From the NCBI GenBank assembly GCA_009602725.1, contig WELB01000014.1:1-46276 (forward strand): a stretch of DNA of 46,276 bases, read 5' to 3'. The notes under the pieces were generated by a model. That model had not been told where the DNA came from. It did no database searches and was given only the letters and a program-made list of their open reading frames with translations. How positions within the stretch are numbered: the stretch's first letter is position 1; every line of letters starts with the position of its first letter. Of this stretch, positions 34,941 through 46,276 are shown one piece after another. The position numbers were made by a program, and so were the translations under genes. The DNA comes from Spirogloea muscicola (Eukaryota).

Positions 34941-36093
34941 CTGCCGTTGAAGCCAGTCAGATGGATAGTCGTGGGACCTCCAATCAGATCATGACGTTAG
35001 CAGTGTCAATTTGCCAGAGGCTTGTACAAGCAGGGAGCAAGTTGCACGTGGACGGCATGATCATGGGTGCAGCTCTCCGAATTGCTCAGGGCGGCCAGAT
35101 TTTCAGACGGCTCCCAAGCTGCTGAATTTTGATCTTCTGCTTGGGGTACTCGGCTAGGTTTGTCCACATTGAAGGCGCCTAACAAGAGCCCGTTATTTGT
35201 TAGTATTGAAGAGGACACAGGATGAGAGCATGAAGGGCTGCAAGGGGACTACTGAAAAGCAAAGGTGACTCCCAAAGTCCACTACCACTCTTGTGCACCT
35301 CTGTTTTAGGTGACTGACAAGTCGACACCCTTTCAGCATCCAAGGACTCCAATCTTCTCCGAGGATTATTGGCATAGCAGCTTATCGATGAGACTCTTTG
35401 CTTGCAACTGACCTCATGTGCACATTGCTCTCGAGTTATGTCATCATATTTTGCTGGGAAGCCCCACATTGTTCCTTTTTGAATTTCTTACCATTGATTC
35501 CCTCGGGATTGAGGTGTAGATTGCACTGTAGATCGAGGGGAAGCCCTTGAAGGACTTCTTAGCCAGGTTACATTTTCAATCCCTATATTCGTGCGTCTAC
35601 CCCCTGGGCAAACACTGGTTTCATTCAGTGCAAAGTCCACAGCCAGCCCACAACGTGTATGAAAGCAATTATGTCATGATCTTTGTCAGACATGAAATGC
35701 AGCATGTTCAGGTGGACTGAAAGTGCTTGAGGAGGACTGAAGCAGAATCGGCAATCAGAGATGCTGGTGGGGTTGCCTCCGTCTCTTTGATACAACCGTG
35801 ATGATGTGTCTATTAAGGGGTCCTCTTTTTGCACCATTCTGGAAGCCTTTGCAGACTTTCTCAAATGACATAAAATGGAGGGAAGGTCAGTTAGGCTGGT
35901 GGTGGCAAAGCCCCAAACAGAAATGTCCCTACCAGAGCCAAAGATATGTACTTTCAGAGAAGAACATCTCCGGAAAGATCAAAAAAGAAAAACCTTTATT
36001 GTTGAAGAAGGCACGCCAGCTTCAGTGCAGGGAGGCTTTCATGGAGCACCAGGTTACTCTTGCCAGTGCTATGTCTTTGACCTGCCTGTGCAG

Positions 36094-38127
36094 TCACTGC
36101 TCACCGCTGTCAAGCTGCAAGCCAAGGACCACAAGACCGACAGCGGTGACGAGGGCGAGGAAGGAGAGGCCGCTGCCTAGCACATCCAGTGCGCCGGTCA
36201 GCTGGCCAGGATCGCCTCCGCCACCACCCACACCGGCCTTCAGCTGCCAGACGAGCGCTGAGATCACGGCGCTTGCCGCGGCACCGCCCAGCGCTGAGCC
36301 CCTCGTCAGGTCCAGCTGGAGGTCGCCGAACTGGTCACCCATCCCAAAGGCAAGACACAGTACAGGTGAGGATACCCACCTTGTGTCTGTTTACTTCAGC
36401 AGCTCACATATCATGTTGCAGATTCTCAACATTGAATCAAGCTGACTCGCTCGCCTGCCTTCATGCTGCGGGCTGCTGTGAAGATAGGCACATGACATTA
36501 AAAGAGCGTGGAGTTGCCTTCCTCATGTCAGCATGGCGATCACCTTGAGCACGCGGGGTGACGAGGGGGCCGGCGGTGGCGGGGGCTCGGTGCAGCCCGC
36601 CGCGACCTCACGACCGGCAGCCTGGAATGCCTTGGCCAGCGCCGCCACCTCGCCGGCGCCGTAGGAGCCCATGAGGCTGAACTTCTGTCCAGCCGCCGTC
36701 AGCCGCCGCCCAAGGGCTGCATTCACAATTGCAACGCAGGAAGAGGGGGCCGCAGCCATGTCAGGTGGAAGCAGCAAGACTGTTAAGGTGAGTACTCAAG
36801 AGGAAGCAGCAGAGATTGCAGAGTTGCACGATGAGCATGTCCAGGAGTGCATGCCTCCTACCTGCTCGTTGGCTGCTGCCCTCTGGCAGAGCGGCAGCAG
36901 ATGCCGCCAGCTCCGCTGCGGCTGCGGCGGCCGCTGCTGTGGTTGCTGACTCCAGGGCGCCACCAAGGCGCTTGAGGGCACTGGCTGCCTCCCCGCCAAC
37001 CTTCATGGGAGAGGTTCCCGACTCAGCCACGAGCGAGAACTTCCATGACAGACAGCGTGGTGGAAGGCTGTGCAAGCGGCAGCCAACATGACAATCTCGC
37101 GCTTCTGCATTGCTTAGTCGGATTACGGCGTGGTGCCTGACCAACGCCTCCAGCGAGTGGGGATCACGTTGGGGTCAGCTCACCTCACGCTCGACGGGCC
37201 CATTGGAGAGCGCGAAGCCCGCGTCCCGGAGCTGGGCACGCCCACGCGAGCAGATTGGAGGCATTGCACGTCAAAGGCGAGAACGAGCGACTGGGTCCCG
37301 CAAGCTAAGGAGGGGCCTGTTGGGGCAGCCGGCATTCAGCGCTGCCAGCGCCAACCGGCCCGGCGTGACTGGCAGCGCAGCGACCGCAGTGCTGAAGCTT
37401 ATTACGTATGTGAAAGTTTCTTTTCATAATAAATCGTGTCGGTCTGAGCGCGAAGGAGGCGCGCACGTCGACTTGGAGGTCGGCGGGCAGCGCGCCGAGG
37501 AAGTCGCCGTCCAGGCTCTCGAAGCCCTTCTGCAGCGGCCGCGGGGCGGCCACAGCGGCACCGAGGGTCCCCATGAGCGGCCTCTCAGCGGCCGCTATGG
37601 CTGCATTGCCTTGCAGGTGCCTCGTTTCCAGCTGCAAGTCGCTCCGACTCGCGGCTGCTGACTCGGGGTTACCAAGCTCCCATTTATTGAGTCTCTTGCT
37701 GTGTAAGTTTGGCGCCTTTGGCCCTTTGGGCCTCGTTGATTATTCCTGGGCTGGCCGTTCATAGTTCCTGCCGCCGTTGGCAGAGCTGCACGTCTAGCGA
37801 GAGCCGCGCATGGCGGCGGTGGAGGAGGGAAGGAGGAGGGGGGCGAAGCAGGGAGGCGCTGGGAGAGGAGGGGCGGCGCACCGCGAGGTCGCGCAGGCTC
37901 CCGAGCGCCGCACCACTGCGCCCGCCGCCGCCGTCGCCGCCGCCGCCGCCGCATGCGCAGGCGTCTCAGTCAGCGCTGCCTGCCATGCCACCGCTGCTCT
38001 CAAAGGACGCGGGAGAGAAGTAATCAAGCCGGAGGCGGGCGCCGCACCTCGATGCCACGGGCCGCTGGTCGCCGGCGGCGCGCGGCGNTCCCACCGCCGA
38101 GGCGGCAATGCGGGCCGTCGCCGCCAT
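36094..38127 (-). CDS. Conserved plant (probably plastid) membrane protein of unknown function, resembling Arabidopsis AT5G37360 as recalled
   Basis: Spliced: ..LDGDFLGALPADLQVD|LRDAGFALSNGPVERE|VGGEAASALKRLGGALESA..|ALGRRLTAAGQKFSLMGSYGAGEVAALAKAF..RVLK|FGDLQLDLTRGSALGGAAASAVISALVWQL..FLALVTAVGLVVLGLQL, with two C-terminal hydrophobic helices. 5' exons and the start (38127) are tentative and contain an n. Confidence 0.75.
37655..37765 (+). repeat. Retroelement 3' remnant inside the 5' region of the minus-strand membrane-protein gene
   Basis: ctg act cgg ggt tac ..agctcc..gtctcttgct..tggcgcctttggccct..ctgggctg aligns with 10361-10457. Confidence 0.55.
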
Positions 38128-38389
38128 GGCGGCGACGGCGAGGGCGGCGGCGGCGGCAGCAGCAGCGGCGGCGACGGCGGCGGGAGCTGGTCGAGGGCGG
38201 CGGGGTGAAGCTGATGTGGCACCACGATATCTGTACTCGGACACGTGTCTCCGTGGAGAGCCCTGGGGTTCTGTTCACACTGCCTTCCGGCGTGGCTGAG
38301 GACCGCAGCCGGCGCCGTGCGATCGCCGTCCCCCTTCCGCATCGGACGGCATGAGGGTGCCCCGTCCTTTCCCACGTCTCCTTCGAGGG

Positions 38390-38990
38390 CCGTGAAGAAG
38401 TGCTCGCCCATTGAGTAGAGGGCTGGCAAAGCCAGCCCAGAAAGAATGGACAATGTCCAATGCCCAAACGATTAAGGTGCCGAAAAAGGAACTACGTGAG
38501 AAAGGATGAACTCATTCTTCGAGAGGCTATTGGCCAGCCCAGAAAAACAATGGAAAAGGAAAAAGGACAAAATGAGTTCCAAGAGGGACCAGAAAAGCGG
38601 TAAGGCACACGGCGACTCAATTGGCCACATTCTTGAGATTTTAAGTGGGAATTTTTGGGACGGACGGGAGAGACTTAGGTGGGAACTTTTGGGTCGGACG
38701 GGAGAGACGCTGAGCGCTGGAGGTGATTGTACTCTGTTCTCGTACTCTGTTCATTCTTTTTCGGGCTGGTTGTTCCAGCCCCTATTCTCAATGGGCGAGC
38801 ACTTTCTTCTGATTGTTGACTGCGGATGACGATGTTGGTGGCAGCAGCTGTGTCACCAAATTTGGGAAAGGGATTTGCCGACCGAAGAAGAAGCTCGCCT
38901 ATAGAGAAGAGGGGCTGGCAAAGCCAAACCCAAAAGAAGGACCAAAGCCAAAGAAAGAGGTGCCGAAAAACACTACAAAGAAGGGAAGGC
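38390..38990. repeat. Retroelement 3'-UTR modules filling the divergent promoter between two genes
   Basis: Hairpin modules at 38420-38438 (-), 38763-38781 (+) and 38911-38931 (-). gcgactcaattggccac (38612-38628) matches gtggccacttgagtcgc. A ~34-bp tandem duplication tta.gtgggaa.ttttggg.cggacgggagagac lies at 38641-38708. Confidence 0.7.
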
Positions 38991-39246
38991 GGGGGTGGAG
39001 CGGTCCGGGTCAGAGCCACCCCACCACAGCCCATGTCCAGGTACCACACGCCCGCCGGGGAGCGCCGCGCCGGTACGGGGACAGGGCACGGCAAGGCCCC
39101 ATCCGCGAAAAGCATGGGCCGGGCAGCCGGCACCGCGGCTTCCTCCCCCCGGTACACTTTCCCAGGCGGCCCCCCCACCCCCCCCCGCCCGAGTCACTCA
39201 CCGTCAGAACCCAGCCTCGGTGACACCACTTCGCCCGCCGCCTCCA

Positions 39247-39277
<31 letters not shown>

Positions 39278-39436
39278 GACGTCGGCCTCGGCGACGGCGG
39301 CCCTTCGCAGCTCCCCGAGCGCCCGCTCCCGCAGGAGTCCGGGCGGGCGGCCACGTCGGAGGCCCCGAGGATATCGGTCGCCCGTCGGGACGCGGCCTCG
39401 CACGCCTTCTAGGACACGCGCTTAGCCATCGTCAGG

Positions 39437-41082
39437 ATGCAGAGCCTGGCGAGGCTGCTGCAGGCGAGGGGCCAGGCGGCCTCCGGCGCCGTCCTCCGGC
39501 GTATGCGCGTCGCCGTTGCCGGCAGCAACCCGTCCCTGGACGCCTTCTCACGCGGCCGCACGCTGGCCGGGGAGCCCGCCAAGGAGCAGATTCAGGAGCA
39601 CGGCTTCGAGAGCACCACAATTGCGGACATCATCGGCCAGAAGTCCTCCGAGGAGGACGGCTCGTGGCTCTGGTGCACCACGGAGGACACTGTCTACGAT
39701 GCCGTCAAATCTGTAATTCGGCTCTCCTCCTCCGTGAATTGCTGTCAGAGCACGAGCACTGCTGCGCTCTTAATTCGCAACAGCAGCTTCGCAATCAAAC
39801 AATCTTTCCTCTGTCCTTGGGAAGGTACTAGAAAGTGACTGCATAGCTTGCAAGCATGCATTGCACTACCTAGAGTGTTGAGCCGTTCTGGACTCTCCGT
39901 GATAGGAGTCAGTCTCCTCATTCCAGATGACTTCGCATAATGTGGGCGCCCTGGTGGTTGTAAAGTCAGACTCACATGGAACAGTTGCTGGCATTTTCAC
40001 AGAGAGAGGTGCATTGCCTAGTCTACTCTGAGCTGATTAAGTTGCTTCAATGCCCTGCATTTCCTGGCCTGAAGTATCTCGTCTGCCAGCACAGCAGCAA
40101 GCTTGTGTATTTAGAGTGGCAGGCGGAGCACGTGAACTTGATGTCAAGCATGTTACTTGCTATTTAGGCCTACTACTTTTATAATGCAAGGCAAATTGTG
40201 CTTTAAGCATTGCCATCCTTGGAGCTTGTACTGGCCTGCATCGTCCTAATGTACTTCACTTACCATACATCCTGATCTTGACAGATTATTTGAGGAAGAT
40301 TATTGTGCAAGGTCGGACTTCAAAGACGACCAAAGTGGGTGACATCATGACTGAAGAGGTATGCAATTCTCTGGCTGACCTCTGCATTGGTGAGCGATCA
40401 GCTTGCATCACCCTGCAGACTTCATGTCAGCCAGGGCATATGAGATTCTCAACTCGAGTTAGGCTTCTGCAATCATGGTATTCGGTACTCTGCACCTTGA
40501 GTAAATCCACATTCGATCTACGTTGACGGTGGTGATACTATGCGCATACTATCAAGTACAGTGCCAAGGTGCTGCATCAGGTCTTAGAAGCAATAGAGAT
40601 GACCTTCCTCACTTGCTCGTGTAACATCGCAGAACAAGCTTATCACAGTGACACCGCAGACCAAGGTACTGAAGGCTATGGAGCTCATGACTGGTGAGCC
40701 AACGCTCTAACAATGTGAAAGCATGGTGTCATGCCGAGCTTCTTGGAATCGGGCTTAACTTGTGGGTCAAAGAGTAACTTGGAGATTGTAAATGTATCTA
40801 AGAGATCTGCCCTGTGCTGTCTATCAGGGGTGGTTGCCTGGTCAATGGCTTGAAGCTTCTTACATTGACCCAGGCTTTGGAGAAGGGTCCAACCACAAAC
40901 CCAGCCTTTGATTGTAACAAACTCGTCATGTATATGCAGACAATCGTATCAGGCACATCCCTGTCTGCGAGGGCAAGAAGATGCTGGGAATGGTGTCCAT
41001 TGGTGATGTGGTCCGTGCAGTTGTCCATGAGCATCGCGAGGAGGTCAACCGTCTGAGCGAGTACATCAGTGGAGGTTATTAA
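39437..41082 (+). CDS. CBSX3: CBS domain-containing protein CBSX3-like (mitochondrial)
   Basis: Exons approx. 39437-39712, 39927-40008, 40285-40358, 40633-40693, 40940-41082. They give EHGFESTTIADII..DGSWLWCTTEDTVYDAVKS|MTSHNVGALVVVK..AGIFTER|DYLRKIIVQGRTSKTTKVGDIMTEE|NKLITVTPQTKVLKAMELMT|DNRIRHIPV..GMVSIGDVVRAVVHEHREEVNRLSEYISGGY. The N-terminal presequence is Arg/Ala-rich. Confidence 0.95.
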
Positions 41083-42169
41083 GAAACGGGGTCATTCTGC
41101 TCTGGCATCCATTTTATCTCATGGCGCACATTGGTTGAGACGCTTTAGGGCTTGCCAACGCATACTGAAGTACTACATCTACCCTGCAAAGTAGTCAATT
41201 GCAGCATCTTAGTTGTACATCAAGTCATTGTGTCAGATGGAGCAAGTCCACATCGCACTGCGTTTCAGTGGGACTTGTATATCATCTGCAATATGTAAAG
41301 TCACGCTGTTAATCTAGCCACCAGAAATGCAAATGATATGCAATATCAATTTGATGGCTATTTAGGACTAACCTGTACTTTGACCCGTGCCTACAAGACA
41401 CGAATCCCAAGCCTCCAACATGTGCTGCAAGTTATTGCCATCTGTGGGACGGGAACACGTGACAGGCACTAGTCAGCTGTCAGATTGTTAAGAAGGACCA
41501 GAGTGGGCTTTATCACAATGATGTCGATGCAGACTTGCTGACAGACTTGCTGGCAGCAGACTGTGAAGCAAGACTGGCCTCGACGTTGCCAACGGGGAGT
41601 CTGTAGGTGTCCCAACTGGCTGGTGCTAGTGGTGGCCACTCACGTCATGGAGGCAATGGCCTACTCATGCTGTGCATGTCATCTGCAGTCTGGACAGCTC
41701 AATCGGATAAAGATGCACCGAGCACAAATGTGATCAGAAGATGGCAGTGGGGCGAGGAGTGGGGGTGGTGATGCTCATCTAGCGCAGCAAGGGGCTGCCT
41801 TTGCGGCGATTTTATTTGTACCCTCTATACTTCCAACAGCCTAAGGTGGACAGACTGACCAAGGAGGATTCGCTCGAGCAGCAGAATAGTGGCTGGGTAT
41901 CACCAAGTCAGAACAGACGAGATGCTGCTGTACTAAGGTCAGTAACCAGGTCTGCCAGGCTGACCTCGGTGTCAGACATGAATGACACAATTACGTATGG
42001 AGAGTGAAGGATAAATTTCTGTTGCCGAGTGGAAGTAACTATGAAGGAACAATCTTCAGATATGAAGGACAAGAAGGGCGGGGGAGCAAAAGCACAAAAC
42101 AGCACTTCCAGAGCACGTGCTCCGGTCTTCATTAAAGGGTCGCTGCGGCGCGCAGGAGGCTCCAATGGC

Positions 42170-43000
42170 AAGTCTCTTATCCATTTTGTGTTAGGTTGGC
42201 CTCTCCCAACTACCGCCTCCGCTTTGGATGAACCTTTCCAAATGCTAATCACATGCAGGTGCTGACTAGGGGTTACTGAGTGGCCATCTGTTCAAGTGGT
42301 TGCCTTGGCACGCACTGGGGAGGGCTGAAGGCGTGGAGGAGCGTGGGAATGCAGACCACCTCACCGATTACAACTTTGTTGCTCTAGCCTCAATGTCCAT
42401 AGGGCATGTGAGACTTGATGGCTAGACTTGCTCCAGAGGCTTACGCAGCAAGCAATTACCCAACCTCAATGACAACAGAGCGAGCAGCCCGCCGGTCATG
42501 CCACCTGGTTTCAAGTTCAGGTACAGCAAATGCGCCTTGCGCTTGTGCTAAAGAACCGTTCCCAGGCATTTGCCGTGCATTTGCGGGCAGGCTGTGCCCG
42601 CTTTGTGCTTTGACCATCTCCTTGCCTGCTGCCAGCTACTAGCTGCAATTTACTTGGACTTGCGGGTTCTTACTAGGCGTTCTTTGGCTACCATTCGTGT
42701 TTAGTAACTTGATGGAGGTGGATTGTGCTCTCCAGCAGATTTTGCTCACTCGAGGATACCAGTGCCTCCCTCAGCCAACTTGTTACCCCGTTACCAAGAC
42801 ATTTGTAAGGCTGAATTAGCCTCTCTTTCAATGTCATGCGCACCTCCCGCCTTTCCCCCAGCTGAAGAAAGAAAGAAGAAGAAGCTCTTCCAATAAAGGC
42901 AAATGCTTTGAGAGGCCAGTCTAAAGCAATGAACAAGGTCTGTAAGTGCCGGATGGTGCAGAGAGATACAAAACTTCTCTCCATTGCTTCTGCAGATGGA
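42170..43000. repeat. Degenerate retroelement 3'-end/UTR pieces
   Basis: gtgctgactaggggttactgag (VLTRGY-stop, 42259-42280) and ttaggttggcctctcc (42191-42206). The minus-orientation module gagaggccagtctaaagcaatgaacaaggtctg..gatggtgcagag (42910-42965) resembles 16424-16455 and 20370-20385. Confidence 0.55.
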
Positions 43001-43744
43001 CACAATGATGAACGGTTACCCGCTTTGGATCTTGTACACTCTTCATGGCGTGTGGCCTCTTACTGACACTGTGCCCTCCTGGAAGACATATGCAGAAGTA
43101 CCAAGGAGCCTGACTAAGGCCCTTGCATGAAGCAGCAGCAGCTGCAGTATGTCTGGCCCATGAATGCATGTGACAGCATATCTGACCACGTACTGCCTAA
43201 TAAAGACATGCAAACTCAGGGGTTGGGGTGCAGTGTGCAGCTGTCCTTGCAGATGGTTTCTCAGAATGTGAACCTGGCTATCACCACAACTCTACTCAGA
43301 CACAAAGGTTCTGACTTGAAGCGCTTGGCTTTGCGCAGGATCTCCTGTGCGTCTGACACAGGTTTCCTCATTCTTGTGCATGTAGCCACTTAGCGCAAGA
43401 CAGAGGGCTGAAGCCGTATATACTGTACACTGACAGAGTTCAAATTGCACAGGAACTGCATACAAGCCCAGCCATTGCTGCGCAGGCATAAGGGGCAATC
43501 CGCCACTCTTTTGTCGAAACGCCTTGCAAGGTCTGCAGCTACCTGCTAGACCCATATTATCATTGACCTATAACCCCCAATCCTAGTTCAGACCCCAATC
43601 ATGCTTCCAGGCAGCTGATCTGATGTACAACATCCACACAACCTAAAAGTAAAGTCTACGTCGAAGTGGTTGCTGCAACTGGCGGTGCTTGGCAGGACCA
43701 AAATTGGCTCTTGTATTGGTATTCGACGAGAGACTGCCAGGACA

Positions 43745-46276
43745 TCAGCGGGAGAGATTGAGGGGGTTGTGAAAGGTGCCAGAGAGTGCGCGGGGAAGGG
43801 AGGTGGGCACGTCCAAATACTTGGAGCGGACGCCGAGACGGCGCAGCGTGAGCTTGAGCTGCTGCATTGTTACATGCCGTGTGATATATGCGTCCACGCC
43901 TGCGCTGATGCCTTTGTCCATGTTTGTGTCCATGCCCGCAAGGTCCCACCTGACATTTGAACGTCCAACGTCCACAGGAATCAATAACTGCAGGTTTTGT
44001 ACTTCCATTGACCAGCTTAGACATTTGATAAGTTTACAGTGACAGGCAGACATTGCGGGCAGACTCTGCAAGAAACCTGGGCTGCCACAGTTTCGTAATG
44101 CATGCGCACCGGTTCATGTTTGTGACGGCTACAATGAGCACATGGTCTGAGAGGCCATCAGCATCCTTGGGCATCAGCTCCTTCTCCAGCCGCCGAATCT
44201 CCAGCACGGCCTCGAATCCATCGCTGCTGGCAGCCTGGGAAGCCACACGTTTGAAGAAACAATTAATGAGCTACTTCTCATCAAGGCCACACCTCTAATG
44301 ACGACTGTTGTACTGAAAATCTCTCCTAATTCTTTGGATAGATGCTACTATATGTATAAGCAGCAGCTCAAATGTTGCAACGGAACATGAAGCAATACAA
44401 TTCAGGGCAAAGTTGGCAAAAGACAAGGGCAAGTATCAGATGATACGTTTGTCGCTTGTGGCTACCTGGAGCTCAAGGAGCACAACGTTGAAACGCACGC
44501 CGCCTGGAGGCTCCAGTAGGCTCTGCTGAAAGCGCCATGCTGCTTCCTTGGCTGTGCTCACCGTCGCGACGCCCAGCCCACACCGCTCCAGCTGCGTTGT
44601 CAGCAGCCGTCGGCTGCTGGCAAACGAGTCCATCACCAGGGCCATGGAAGCCGGGCTGCTGCCCGCCTCCTGCCCCTCGTCGATCCTATCCAGTGACGAC
44701 GTCGAGCCGCCTGCATGGCCATGGAACACAATGGCTGCAGAAGACTGCTGGCAGGATTTGTACATCCTTCTCCTGAGTCATAGCGGACTACATAGCAGAG
44801 TAATGCAGTCGCAGCACTGCATCAGTGCAGGCACAGCCACTGACCTTGGGACGACGTCAAGCTCCCCAGCGAGAGCTGTGCTGACAGGCGCGGCGACGGA
44901 GAGAAGGAGGCCGATGGCGTCGGCGAGGACGTTGGCCGCAGGACGTGCTCAACGGCGGTGGGGGCTGGCCAGGTCGGCGTGCCGGGCTCTGTGAGCGAGG
45001 ACGGGCTCGTAGTGCCGCTGCTGATCTTGTCAATCTCCTCCTCACCATCATCTGCATTTGATGGCAGGCTCATCAGCGGAAGCCGCAGCAGCACCGGCGG
45101 TACTGCCACTGTCCACAGAGACTGTGCGTTGCAGCGCTTTGGCATCCATGGCCGCCTCACCTTCGCACTGCTCGCGAAGGATGCTGTCGGGGGCCCAGTC
45201 CGGCTCGATGGTGAGCCTCGTAACGGCAGCAGCGCCACTGGCGGTGGGCTCAGTGGGGACCGCCGGGAGAGGGACGAGGACACACATGGCGCCGCGGCCG
45301 GGCTGCGGGCTGGCGAAGAGCAGCACGCGCAGGGAGCTGCTGTCGCGCGTCCTGAGCAGCAGCTCCTCACCGTCGACCTCCGCACCGGCCAGCACGCTGC
45401 GCAGCATGTCGTTGCAGCTCCTGGGAATACAAAGGCCACCCAAATCAGGACCGCACTGACCGAAGCGGAGCATGCCACTAACTGCTTTATATTTTGAAGG
45501 TATACAGGTGTATACAGGGATATACAGGCTTGACTGGTGCAGTGGCGGTTATGTATAAAGGCCACACCTGTGGAGGAGGCTGAGCGGCGAAGCGAGCACG
45601 ATGGCAGGGAAGGCCACCGCGGCGAGCGCGTCGGCCTCGGGCCAGCCGCTGAGGGCGGCCAGGCGGCGGTTCCACATCGTGCAGGCGAGGCCGGGCCCAA
45701 CAGCGAACGCCGGCAGCGGCAGCTCGTCGCTGAGGACCATCGAATTGCCGCACTCCCTGCTGGCGACGACCGACGGCCAGGACTCTGCCGCGGGCACAGT
45801 CATGGCCGGCCTCGCTGGCCCAGCGAGCTCCAGGACGAACTCCAGCGCCGCCTGCCGGTTGCCGCCGCCGCCGCCGCTGCCACCGTGGCCGCCGTCGCCG
45901 CCGCCGCCGCCGAAGCAGCCGCCATGACCATTGTCAATCGGCGATAGAGCCGGCTTGAGGGCGTTGCCTGGGAATGCGGGAATGCCGTCTTCAGCCATGA
46001 TGGAGCCGCCGCCGTGGTGGAAGCTCGAGCCGTACGCGCAGCCGAAGCTGCTATGGACGCCGCCGCCACAGCACCCGCCGGCAGCACCGAGGCCGGCGAA
46101 GAGCGGCGCCGGCGCCGCCACCATGGCCTTGCTGTAGTGCGCGTCGAGGAACATCTCGGCAACGGCCGTGACGGCGCCGAAGGCGGCGGCGGCGGCGGGG
46201 CGGCACTGGTGGAGCTCGGAAGGCGGCGGCGACGGTGGGGGTGCCGCCGCCAGCAGCCGAGCCCAGGCCGGCGACG
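43745..46276 (-). CDS. PAS domain + atypical (pseudo-)receiver domain signalling protein, 5' partial
   Basis: Exons approx. >46274-45568, 45421-45161, 45051-44845, 44710-44466, 44234-44110, 43949-43745. PAS-like segment: LPLPAFAVGPGLACTMWNRRLAALSGWPEADAL..MLRSVLAGAEVDGEELLLRTRD..GAMCV. Receiver-like segment: ALVMDSFASSRRLLTTQLERCG..RFNVVLLELQ..DGFEAVLEIRRLE..HVLIVAVT..AGVDAYITRHV. The frame stays open to the window end. Confidence 0.8.

Noticed and set aside
35875..36180. Plus-strand 101-aa ORF (MEGRSVRLVV...)
   Set aside because: It overlaps the last exon and 3' UTR of the conserved minus-strand gene in antisense and has no recognisable motif.
41400..42170. Short ORFs downstream of CBSX3 (e.g. 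41801-42007, 42029-42265)
   Set aside because: Interrupted by stops and unrecognisable; could be decayed sequence but cannot be supported.
45048..45160. Apparent stop/frameshift making the PAS-receiver gene a pseudogene
   Set aside because: Resolved by a canonical phase-1 GT-AG intron (45160-45052) with a branch-point-like CTGAT.

Overview
Eukaryotic, intron-rich, GC-rich nuclear DNA with a land-plant-like gene set. It most likely comes from a streptophyte green alga (inference from gene content and intron style). Spliced genes reconstructed by hand: exocyst SEC5 (5' partial, +), an ankyrin-BTB/POZ protein (+), a small Met/Gly/Gln-repeat hydrophilic protein with two G-boxes upstream (-), a DsbA/FrnE-type CPWC oxidoreductase (-), thylakoid insertase ALB3 (-, 5' end in an N gap), an unknown RS-rich gene head-to-head with it (+), a TRM1-family tRNA G26 dimethyltransferase (+), a conserved plant membrane protein of unknown function (-), CBSX3 (+), and a 5' partial PAS + pseudo-receiver protein (-). 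Many intergenic spaces carry pieces of one family of restriction-like-endonuclease (RLE) non-LTR retroelements: two ~0.9-1.3 kb defective copies and more than ten short 3'-end/3'-UTR remnants. These share a C-terminal SDLxxLxRG(Y/C/H)-stop signature and small hairpins, and often lie just upstream of gene starts. Exon boundaries were read by eye and family calls rest on recalled motifs; no database searches were run.
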